Below are positions 53,601 through 60,236 of a DNA stretch of 64,000 bases, piece by piece. The stretch covers positions 62,940 to 126,939 of the forward strand of contig DASXMN010000011.1 of the NCBI GenBank assembly GCA_036495645.1. The letters run 5' to 3'. Within the stretch, counting starts at the first letter, position 1. Each line of letters starts with the position of its first letter. A program made the translations under genes and the position numbers. The notes beneath the pieces are model-generated. The model was given only the letters and a program-made list of their open reading frames with translations. It was not told the DNA's origin and searched no databases. Source of the stretch: Candidatus Angelobacter sp. (lineage in GTDB: Bacteria > Acidobacteriota > Terriglobia > Terriglobales > Acidobacteriaceae).

Positions 53601-55856
53601 GAACATGGCCGCCGTCAACCACAGCGTATTCACTCCCCGCCCCTGCACGTACTTCCTGATTTCTTCAGCACTCAAGACTCGCTGCTGCGCCAGTACGCTC
53701 CGTCCTCCGGTCAGCAACGCCCCCCACAGCTCCAGCGTGCATGCATCCCAACTCACCGAAGAATGCTGCAACAGCACCGTTTCTTCATCGAAGCGCACAT
53801 AGTCAGTTCCCAAAATGAATCCGGGAATACCGCGATGCGGAATCTCGCTCCCCTTCGGTTCCCCGGTCGATCCCGATGTGTAGATCACGTAGGCAAGGCA
53901 TTCAGCGTCCACTCCCGTCTCAGTTGGCTCCAGGTTCGTCTCCGGCAGATTCGTGAACACATCCTCACTTGCTAAATCGATAACCTGGATGCCTTCATGA
54001 ATTGCACTCGCCAAATCCGCCAACCCCGGCCAATCATTTCGTACCAGCAGCGCCACCGGAGTGCTATCCTCCAAAATGAATTGCAAGCGTTCCACGGGGT
54101 ACGATAGGTCCAGCGGCACATACGCTCCGCCTGCCTTCAACACTGCCACCATCCCCACCACCATCTCCAGTCCACGCTCCACGCCAATCGCCACTCGGGC
54201 ATCCGGCCTTACTCCAACGGTTCGCAGGTAATGCGCCAGCCGGTTGGCTCTGCGGTTCAGCTCGGCATACGTCAACTCCTGCCCTTGGTGCTCCACCGCC
54301 ACGGCGTTCCCCATTCTGGCCGCACATTCTTCGAACAACTCATGCACGCACTTCTGTCCGCCTTGCGTCTCCCCCGGGTTCCACTCCACTAAGAGCTGCC
54401 GTGTTTCATCCTGAGTCAACATCGCCAGGTCCCAAATTCGCTGCTCCGGTCCGTCCAGGGTGGCAGCCATTAAAAGCCCAAAGTGCTGAAGCATGCGCTG
54501 AATTGTGTCTGCCTCAAACAATCCAGTGTCGTAGTTAAACGCCAGTTTGGGAATTTCATCATCTACCGCAAGTAGCGCCAAATCGTACTTGGAGGTAGCG
54601 GTTTCCCACACCATCGGACGCATCTCCACACCTGGAAGCTCAAGCGATATGGCCTTGCCGTTCATGAACGTAAACGTCACCTGAAACAGGGGCGAGCTAC
54701 TCATCTGCCGCTCCGGCGACAATTCCTCGACCAGTTTCTCCAAGGGCAAATCCTGATGATCGAATGCATCCAGCGTCGCTTTTCTCACCCGCCCGAGCAC
54801 TTCCCTAAAAGTCGGTTCGCACCTTAAATCAGCCCGCATGATCAGAGTGTTCACGCAGAATCCGATCATGCCCTCTGTCCGCACGTGGCTGCGGTTCGCT
54901 ATTGGCGTTCCCACTCCGAAGTCCGCCTGTCCCGTATACCTAAGCAGCAGCACCTGGTAGATCGCCAGCACTGTCATAAACACGCTGGCGCCTTCCTGTT
55001 GGCTGAACCACTTCATTTTTTCCCAATAGTCCCTGGCAATCGTTACCGCCTCCGTGCTGCCACGATGTTGGGGGATGGCAGGCCGCGGCTTGTCCATGGG
55101 CAACTCTAAAAGTTCCGGCATTCCAGTCAACTGTTTCGTCCAGTACTCCATCTGATGGGCGAAAACTTCTCCCTGCAGCCATTGGGTCTGCCACAACGTG
55201 TAGTCCGCATATTGGAGCGGCATCTCTTTGAGCGGCGATTCCTGCCCTTGTACATAGGCCCCGTAGAGCAATGCCATTTCCTGGTGCAACACTCCCATTG
55301 ACCACTCATCCACTACGATGTGATGAATGCTCAATGCCAGAACATGTTCCCGCTCTCCTAACCGGATCATCACTCCACGCAACAAAGGTGCGCTTTCCAG
55401 ATCGAACGGCTTTGCTGCTTCCTGCCTCACGATCTCCTGCGCCTGTTTTTTTCTGTCCTCGGCGCCCTCATGCTTGCTCAAATCCAGCAGTTGCAGCCGG
55501 AACTCTATTGATTCCTCGACCTTCTGCACTGGCTCGCCGTCCTCTATCACAAAACTCGTCCGCAAAGCTCCGTGCCGCCGAATGATCTCTGCCAAACTCC
55601 GCTCCAGAGCCCGCACGTTCAAATCCCCGTGCAGCTCACACGCCAGCACGACGTTGTAGAAGTCACTGCTCGGTTGCAGACGGTCCAGAAACCAAAGGCG
55701 CTTTTGCGCCCAGGAAAGCGGTAGCCGCTCCCGAGTTTCTGCTGAAGCAATTTCCCAGTCTTGGGGGCCAAGACCCTCTTTCTGCAGCAAAAGATGCAGC
55801 AGTTCCCGCTCTTCTTCCGCCTGATCTTTTTTCAACACAGTTCTTTCAGGAGACAT
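47691..55856 (-). CDS. non-ribosomal peptide synthetase NRPS1: C-A-T-C-A-T-C-T (last module has no A domain)
   Basis: 2721 aa. C1 is HHIVVDEWS, A1 has YTSGSTGEPKG and T1 is FFELGGHSL. C2 is MHHIVSDGWS, A2 has YTSGSTGRPRG and T2 is FFAIGGHSL. C3 is FHHIVSDGWS. About 29 aa after C3 comes T3 (FFDLGGYSLL), and the protein then ends. Confidence 0.95.
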   Translation of the reverse strand: MSPERTVLKKDQAEEERELLHLLLQKEGLGPQDWEIASAETRERLPLSWAQKRLWFLDRLQPSSDFYNVVLACELHGDLNVRALERSLAEIIRRHGALRTSFVIEDGEPVQKVEESIEFRLQLLDLSKHEGAEDRKKQAQEIVRQEAAKPFDLESAPLLRGVMIRLGEREHVLALSIHHIVVDEWSMGVLHQEMALLYGAYVQGQESPLKEMPLQYADYTLWQTQWLQGEVFAHQMEYWTKQLTGMPELLELPMDKPRPAIPQHRGSTEAVTIARDYWEKMKWFSQQEGASVFMTVLAIYQVLLLRYTGQADFGVGTPIANRSHVRTEGMIGFCVNTLIMRADLRCEPTFREVLGRVRKATLDAFDHQDLPLEKLVEELSPERQMSSSPLFQVTFTFMNGKAISLELPGVEMRPMVWETATSKYDLALLAVDDEIPKLAFNYDTGLFEADTIQRMLQHFGLLMAATLDGPEQRIWDLAMLTQDETRQLLVEWNPGETQGGQKCVHELFEECAARMGNAVAVEHQGQELTYAELNRRANRLAHYLRTVGVRPDARVAIGVERGLEMVVGMVAVLKAGGAYVPLDLSYPVERLQFILEDSTPVALLVRNDWPGLADLASAIHEGIQVIDLASEDVFTNLPETNLEPTETGVDAECLAYVIYTSGSTGEPKGSEIPHRGIPGFILGTDYVRFDEETVLLQHSSVSWDACTLELWGALLTGGRSVLAQQRVLSAEEIRKYVQGRGVNTLWLTAAMFNSIVESDVGCLQGVKYLLTGGETASVMHIRRAMEELPGMRVVNGYGPSECTVFSSCYVVPAEMPETLISLPIGKPIGDRRMYVLDAAMNVAPIGVVGEAYVAGASVARGYLRRPDLTAERFVPDLYSEEGGGRLYRTGDLVRWRGDGTIEFVGRNDLQVKVRGFRIELGEIEARLLEYEGVREAVVIAQEDVAGSKRLVAYYTEGASDLQQSDGRRKLGAEELRSHLAQRLPEYMVPAAYVRLEALPLTPNGKLDRKRLPAPDGNAYSANGYEEPQGEIETTLVAIWRELLGAAKVGRNDNFFELGGHSLLAITMIGRLREMLGLEVEIGEVFEHSRLSELASKISGGRQTQLPPITKADRKRPLPLSYAQQRLWFLAQMKAVSEVYHIPFGVRLVGKLDRHALGLALDRLVQRHEALRTTFVVVDGEALQRIAAVEDSHFLLRDHDLRDQDLCQQVDSESGLRQLLEEEAHASFDLEAGPLIRGLLIREGEDQYALLITMHHIVSDGWSVAVLLNELSVLYRAFVRGEADPLPELAVQYPDYAVWQRHWMQGEVLRQQAEYWQTTLAGAPALLELPADHVRPADQEYAGAWHEMMLDEELTTGLKELSKQHGATLYMTLLAGWAVLLGRLSGQQDVLIGTPVANRGQEELEGLIGFFVNTLVLRTDLSHRPRVGELLERVKSRSLGAQQHQDIPFEQVVEIVQPERSLAHSPLFQVMFAWQNAPRGALDLVGLKTMGLEMATHRVARFDLTVSLWEMDERIAGGVEYSTALYERARIERYMGYWRRILEGMVAGSGQIVDCLDLLPKSERYQILYEWNRTDAPYPPKCMHELFEDQVGRSAEAPAVEFEGQKLTYGELNRRANQLGHYLRKLGVGPEVRVGLCMERSLEMVIGLLGILKAGGAYVALDPHYPVERLKFMVEDSSIAVLVTQSGLLEQLLGSPKVICIDKELVEIAHESGKDVGLPLYPENLVYVIYTSGSTGRPRGVAVQHGSANALLQWAREVFSAEELGGVLASTSICFDLSVFEIFAPLSWGGKTIVVRDALNLAEMEQESGVKLLNTVPSAMAELLRIKGVPDSIQTVNLAGEALPPNTVEQLYEELKVKRVFNLYGPSEDTTYSTYACLEKGETNERVPIGKPISNTQAYVLDREYQPVPIGMTGELFLGGQGVARGYLNQPDLTAEKFIPNPFSERGGERIYRTGDQVKWGRKGNLEFIGRLDQQVKVRGYRIELGEIEAVLQAHEGVRACAVIVREDQPAEKRVVAYVIKNGAVRAEAFREFLKERLPEYMVPSAFVEMEQLPLTPNGKVDRKALPAPKREWDDRRGYTGPRNGEEEILCGLFAEVLNRDRVGVHDDFFAIGGHSLLATRLISRIRATLGIDVALRSVFESPTIAKLASQLQDDGGARKAQISLRRHPKAEHAPLSYSQRRLWFINELQGSSAEYNMPEALRLRGRLDVDALRRAVQTIVDRHESLRTHFAEERGEPVQIIAPDLTFEIPIKDLSRLSEAEQQRHVMESVNQEWREPFDLAHGPVLRLKLLKLAEENHILLQTFHHIVSDGWSLGIFMREFRELYEAYSQGRENPLPDLLLQFTDFALWQMQDANEGLDEDLRFWQEHLAEIPEELEIPKDRPRPPVQTYAADACGITLPQEKVAALKRCGRSTLYMTLLTAFAVQMHRYSGQDDIVVGSPIANRQDERLEGLIGFFANMLVMRVEVNPNASFGELLEEVRDLALETYRHQHIPFERLVEVLPLRRSLNRTPIFQVVFALQNASSGTQELKGLEVEELGTEAWTVRFDLEVHAIERNGQLDIVWIYNRDLFDRWRIEQMARYYERLLAAAMQDLKKPICDLEILSASEIQQLKIRGVTQTGKAERRARNPYVAPRTPLEQMVASVWQEALGVERAGLDDNFFDLGGYSLLVARVRFNLREKLQKDIALVDFFSYPTVRLLAEKLEHREESLTMEKTSRKGF
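47745..49340 (-). other. A-less C-T module at the C-terminus of NRPS1
   Basis: C3 is aa ~2173-2604 (nt 48045-49340). T3 is aa ~2631-2704 (nt 47745-47966), with its carrier Ser codon at 47853-47855. The C-to-T linker is only ~29 aa, so no A domain can be present. Confidence 0.85.
53080..54449. repeat. A-core cassette copy in NRPS1 module 1 (partner at 44868-46237)
   Basis: Evidence is the same as for the partner copy. The left edge of similarity is at CAATCTCTCCTAACTCAATTCGGAAACCGCG and the right edge is at AAATTCGCTGCTCCGG. Confidence 0.85.
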
Positions 55857-56378
55857 TTTTTAAAAAACTCTTAATTTTTTGATGGGGCTTAAATTCAGGA
55901 GCTCCCTGATTGGAAGATGGAATACCCTGGTCATTGATGGAGGCGGACCAAAAATGTGGAAGTCAGAGCCCCTGATTGATGACCTGCAAGCGGACTATCA
56001 CCACCCGTTTAACAACCTACTTATTAGTCTATTAGTTTAAAAGGTTTTTCGGGTTGATTGTTTACATAAAATCCAGCTCTCGATTGGAAAAATCGTGAGT
56101 GGCATCGCTACCGCCCCATCCTTCTCATCCGCATACTTGTTTATGCAAATGCCGATAGGGGTCTGGGATGAGGTTTATTAGACCAATATAGAAAATACTG
56201 ATGCATTCGTAGAATGCTGGGATAAAGCTCAAGAAAATATAAGCTGTTACACAAATCTTGGCTGGCACAAATGCGCAGTGATCCAATTCAGAAAAGGACG
56301 AAAATCCCTTTCAAACTTTTGCGGGGCATGCATAATTGGCATGCATCATTTCTGTATGGATTCTCTTTGAAATCTTTC

Positions 56379-57455
56379 TTAACCCAATTGCGGATTAATT
56401 AAGCTTTTAGACGCGGAACCTGCAACTACATTTTCCAAGGCCGCATTCGCTTCGCTCAAGCCAAAAAATTTCAGAGGAATCGCTGACCAGGCAGCGGAGC
56501 GAGAGGGATCTGTCATCATCCGCACGGATTTATAAAAGTGAGAAAAGTCAGCGCCCCAACAGCCACGCACGTCAAGGTGCTTTTTATTCAAATCCAAGTG
56601 CGGATTGAAAAGTACGTCGCCCGCATTCGTGTATTGACCAACAATGACCACACGTCCCGCATCGCGCGTGTACCGCATTGCATCAACTACAGCGGTGGGA
56701 TTGCCCGTGGCTTCAATCGTCACATCCGCTCCTCTTCCATCGGTAAGGTCGCGGATCCAGTCTAATCGTTCGGCTTCTGTACAGGTTGAGAAGTCCTTGG
56801 TTTTATGTGCGCCTACTTGCCTGGCCACCTGCAAGCGAGCTTCCGGGGCGCCCAGGCAAAAAACGCGATGTGCGCCACGCAGCAACGCACAAATAATGAT
56901 GGATATACCCACTGGACCACTCCCGAGTACCAGCACTATGTCTCCCAGTGAGATCTCCGCGCGCTCCACTGCGTGCAGGGCCGTGGGCAATGAACAACCA
57001 CCGGCCATGAATCTTTGCGGATCCACGCCATTCAGGCTCAAACAGCGCGTATTCGGCTTAAGATAAATCGATTGGGCCCATCCGCCCGCCAAGCCATCCT
57101 TGACTCCATATGTGACCCCATAAACTTTCCTCTTCGGACAGCGTGTACTTGCCTTTGCCACAGCGCAATACCAACACACACCGCATGTTCGATGGACATC
57201 AAGAAATGTGACTTCATCTCCTTCGCGAAATCGGCGGTCCTCAGAGTCAACTAAATTGCCACGTATTTTGCTCAGAAAGCCCACTGAGACGTGCCCGGGA
57301 ATGATTGGATAGGGCACATCGGCCAGGTGCCCCGCATGCAAGTGAATATCTGTGCCACAGACCTCGCTTAGGCGAACATCCAGGATCGCTGAGTTCATTT
57401 CCAGTTCGGGTTCTTCAAACTCGCACACCTGTATAGGGAGAAACGGTTTTTGCAT
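56379..57455 (-). CDS. zinc-dependent medium-chain alcohol dehydrogenase/reductase
   Basis: The start is set at ATG 57455 (MQKPFLPIQVCEFEEPELEM), giving 358 aa. It has the catalytic Zn region CGTDIHLHAG...PGHV, the structural Zn cluster CGVCWYCAVAKASTRC and the Rossmann motif VLGSGPVG. The 75 upstream codons of the track ORF are rejected. Confidence 0.8.
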   Translation of the reverse strand: MQKPFLPIQVCEFEEPELEMNSAILDVRLSEVCGTDIHLHAGHLADVPYPIIPGHVSVGFLSKIRGNLVDSEDRRFREGDEVTFLDVHRTCGVCWYCAVAKASTRCPKRKVYGVTYGVKDGLAGGWAQSIYLKPNTRCLSLNGVDPQRFMAGGCSLPTALHAVERAEISLGDIVLVLGSGPVGISIIICALLRGAHRVFCLGAPEARLQVARQVGAHKTKDFSTCTEAERLDWIRDLTDGRGADVTIEATGNPTAVVDAMRYTRDAGRVVIVGQYTNAGDVLFNPHLDLNKKHLDVRGCWGADFSHFYKSVRMMTDPSRSAAWSAIPLKFFGLSEANAALENVVAGSASKSLINPQLG

Positions 57456-57730
57456 GACCGCTGCTAAAATTTTTGGCAAGAGTTTACCTCGGCTTCCTGC
57501 GAATTTACCTGGAGTGTGGCTCCCAGGGACGGAAAAGACAAGATTAGCCCCGGGCCTCAAGCAGTAGAGGGAATCGGGATAAATACGTGAGATTCCGGCG
57601 TTCCAATGAATTTCCCGAATACCAGCTTTCGTAAACCATAACCCGGCAGCACCGCATTTCCAAACATAAAATAAGTTCACATTTGCGTCTACATTCCGCC
57701 TTGATGCCTGACAATAGCAGGAAGGACTTT

Positions 57731-58957
57731 ATGGGCACGGCAATCACACCAATCGCTTCTACCGCTACGATCGAGCATCCGCTACGCAATCCCCAGTATC
57801 GCCTTTGGCTGATCGGCGGGACGATATCATTTCTCGGCGACCAGTTCTATATGGTGGCGTTACCCTGGTTGATTCTGCAGCAGACGGGATCGGCTGTGGC
57901 CATGGGCGCGGTCCTGATGGCGGGATCCATTCCGCGCGCTCTTCTAATGCTCATGGGCGGGGTCCTGAGCGATCGCATGTCCGCGCGTAAGATCATGATG
58001 ACCACAGCCGCAACGCGTACCATCTGTGTGGCCGTAATCGGAGTTCTCATCTGGTTCGGCATTCTTCACATGTGGGAACTCTACGCGTTGGCGGTTATTT
58101 TTGGCTTGGCCGATGCATTTGCCGCTCCCGCATCAACAGCCTACTTGCCTTCTCTGTTGCAGCCTGAACAACTGGTGGCGGCCTCCTCGGTCGGCCAAAG
58201 CACGGCACAATTAACAAGCATCGTTGGCCCCGTTCCGGCAGGATTTGTAATCAAGGCCCTGGGTGTAGCATGGGCGTTCTTCGTGGACGCAGTCAGTTTC
58301 CTGTTCATCATCGGCGCACTCTGGAAGCTGCCTGACCCACCTAAATCTCAGGCTGCGACGAAAGCGGTATGGCCCGCGATTGCAGAGGGTATTGCCTACG
58401 TGGGAAGAGATGTGCCCCTGCGCTCTTTGATGCTGCTGGCCATGACCATGAACTTCTGCTTTACTGGGCCGGTTGCGATTGGTCTCACCTACCTGGCCAA
58501 GACCCGCTTTGGTTCACCTGCCATATTGGGGACTTTGATGTCGGCTGTTGCCGTGGGAAGTCTGTTGGGCGCGCTGCTGGCCGGCGTGTGGAAGATTCGC
58601 AGGCGCGGTGTCCTGATGCTTCTGGTGGCAGCGGCATTGGCTCCTTGCCTCGGATCCATTGGGCTCATAGGCAGTGTGTGGCCCCTTGCCGGGGTGCTAT
58701 TTACGATCGGCGTTTTGGCGGCCTTGATGAACGTCCACATCGGTGCCTGGGTAATGCAGCGGATTGATGCAGCGGTGCGGGGGCGAGTGGCAAGTGTGCT
58801 CATGCTTGCCACTTTCGGAATCATGCCCATCTCTTTCGCCGTTGCCGGATTCCTGATTGCATGGAACCTGAAGTTCACGTTTCTGATCGCTGGCCTGGCA
58901 ATGTTCCTGACTGCTGCCGGAGCGTCATTCCAGAAGCCGGTCCGAGAGATCGAATAG
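57731..58957 (+). CDS. MFS transporter (EntS/DHA3-like exporter)
   Basis: The start is set at ATG 57731, preceded by AGGAAGGA. The N-terminus NPQYRLWLIGGTISFLGDQFYMVALPWLILQ is characteristic of this family. It is hydrophobic with 12-TM-like periodicity and has the motif MGGVLSDRMSARK. Confidence 0.8.
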   Translation: MGTAITPIASTATIEHPLRNPQYRLWLIGGTISFLGDQFYMVALPWLILQQTGSAVAMGAVLMAGSIPRALLMLMGGVLSDRMSARKIMMTTAATRTICVAVIGVLIWFGILHMWELYALAVIFGLADAFAAPASTAYLPSLLQPEQLVAASSVGQSTAQLTSIVGPVPAGFVIKALGVAWAFFVDAVSFLFIIGALWKLPDPPKSQAATKAVWPAIAEGIAYVGRDVPLRSLMLLAMTMNFCFTGPVAIGLTYLAKTRFGSPAILGTLMSAVAVGSLLGALLAGVWKIRRRGVLMLLVAAALAPCLGSIGLIGSVWPLAGVLFTIGVLAALMNVHIGAWVMQRIDAAVRGRVASVLMLATFGIMPISFAVAGFLIAWNLKFTFLIAGLAMFLTAAGASFQKPVREIE

Positions 58958-59115
58958 GAAGGGCATTCCTAGCTATCCTGGGCTTGGTCACTCCCATTCG
59001 CGGCGGAAATCGATACGTGCAACACTTGTCTTATCTGGGCAGCACGGTGGAAATTGCAGAGACGCGAGCATAGGTCCCGTATTCACTCAGAACCGCTTGC
59101 AGGCAAGCCGTTCTC

Positions 59116-59814
59116 TTAAGCGGATTTTGCGCTCACTTCCATGCTCTCGGCGTTCTTTTTGTTGTCGAACACCTGGCTGAGTTCGGAAAAGAAAGCGATC
59201 CACAAGCGCCACATCTCTTCAGCACTACTTACAACCCGTTGATAGTCATCGGTTGAGAGCTCTGGTTCCAGGGCGTTACTCGCCTTATCAACGTGGTTTG
59301 GTTCCTGAAGAACGTGTATGTCCACCCAAGGAAGGTTCTTCATGCCGCTCACTTGCCGAACCGCCGCGCCGATTCCGGAAACCATGGCCAGATCGGCTAC
59401 CTCGGTCCCATATACAAAGCCGAGCGCGCTGGCGTGCTCAGCGGATGCGGATTCGTATCCCTTAATAAGTTTGCGAGTGGATTCAAGTGGAGGAGCTTCG
59501 GCGACCTCGTGTTGAGAAAAGCCTGCGGCAGCCATCGTTTCCAGGTAGATGCGTTCATGGGCCATGGCCGGATTGCCTTCTCCAAGTTCCTGGGACAAAA
59601 TGGCACAAATCGCGGTTTTCGTCTCGAGCCAGGGGACGACTGAAATACTTCTTGAAAGAAAATTGGGGAAATAGTGTAAGGGATGCCACCACTGTCCCAG
59701 AAAAATTGCGACGTCACTGCGCGTAAGCAGTCCAGATTTGATCTCACCGAAAAAACGATGGTGAATCAGGTCTTTTCTCAGAGCATTATTTTTCAGTGAA
59801 TCAAGAACAGTCAT
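59116..59814 (-). CDS. heme-oxygenase-like fold iron-dependent enzyme (TenA/PqqC/HDO-type, DUF3865-like)
   Basis: 232 aa and predicted all-helical. The blocks SQELGEGNPAMAHERIY, VYGTEVADL and QEPNHVDKA give E/H ligand spacing like heme-oxygenase-like diiron oxidases. The family call is tentative. Confidence 0.45.
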   Translation of the reverse strand: MTVLDSLKNNALRKDLIHHRFFGEIKSGLLTRSDVAIFLGQWWHPLHYFPNFLSRSISVVPWLETKTAICAILSQELGEGNPAMAHERIYLETMAAAGFSQHEVAEAPPLESTRKLIKGYESASAEHASALGFVYGTEVADLAMVSGIGAAVRQVSGMKNLPWVDIHVLQEPNHVDKASNALEPELSTDDYQRVVSSAEEMWRLWIAFFSELSQVFDNKKNAESMEVSAKSA

Positions 59815-59896
59815 GGTAAAGCTCCTTTTATGAATGAAGTTCTTCGCTTCTTACATTTTATTTGTGAATGGATTTATGATCGCGCAAACGCACCTT

Positions 59897-59932
59897 ATCA
59901 TCGCTCTCCACTGCATCATTGCTCTCCACTGA
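59897..59932. repeat. tandem 18-nt direct repeat in divergent promoter region
   Basis: ATCATCGCTCTCCACTGC (59897-59914) is followed directly by ATCATTGCTCTCCACTGA (59915-59932), with 16 of 18 positions identical. Confidence 0.8.
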
Positions 59933-60001
59933 GTTCCTTGTCAACACTAGTTTATTTTCAGAGGGGTTGTGATCGTGCGAGCTACTCGGGATCGAACACT
60001 T

Positions 60002-60026
60002 CACACGTTCCAAAATGGAACGTGTG
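60002..60026. promoter_or_regulatory. perfect 10-bp inverted repeat, candidate operator
   Basis: The site reads CACACGTTCC-AAAAT-GGAACGTGTG. It lies in the 422-bp spacer between the divergently transcribed heme-oxygenase-like and CmlA-like genes. Confidence 0.4.
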
Positions 60027-60236
60027 GATTTTGCTGTCAATTGCAGAGTGTCTAAGAATGCATCCAAGTGCATGCCCATATCAACGCTGAAGCCATGTTA
60101 TTGTGTGAAAAGATGATGAGCGACGCACGGCTGAAGCTGACTTCCTGAAGCTTAGCGCACGCATGTCCGGTCAATGTGCGCCGATATAGGACGAAGAAGT
60201 CCGAGTCCGCGGATTTTTTGATGAAGGAGTTGAACG

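Noticed and set aside
55299-55856. I considered the N-terminal C domain of NRPS1 as a lipo-initiation (starter) C domain, which would make the product a lipopeptide.
   Set aside because: Its sequence belongs to the same family as the internal C domains of NRPS2, sharing the LWFLD...SSDFYNV and HHxxxDEWS blocks. It is also preceded by a docking-like head shared with NRPS2. It more likely receives a peptidyl chain from another synthetase, so I do not claim lipidation.
56326-56346. I considered GCATGCAT-AATTG-GCATGCAT as the rho-independent terminator of the Zn-ADH gene.
   Set aside because: The stem is only ~6 bp and no T-tract follows on the sense strand. It is noted only as a sequence feature of the leader region.
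57456-57730. These are the 5' extensions of the Zn-ADH ORF (to 57680) and of the MFS ORF (from 57683). As drawn in the track, the two ORFs nearly touch.
   Set aside because: The extensions have no similarity to the respective families. Internal ATGs at 57455 and 57731 (the latter with AGGAAGGA upstream) give proteins of canonical length and leave a normal divergent promoter region.
59089-59114. This is an imperfect hairpin AGAACCGCTTG-CAGG-CAAGCCGTTCT between the convergent MFS and heme-oxygenase-like genes.
   Set aside because: It contains a C-C mismatch and lacks a flanking T-tract on either strand, so the evidence is insufficient to call a bidirectional terminator.
59830-60090. This is an 86-aa + strand ORF in the spacer between the heme-oxygenase-like and CmlA-like genes.
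   Set aside because: It spans the tandem repeat and the palindrome, has no ribosome-binding site and has odd composition. The region is better explained as a divergent regulatory spacer.
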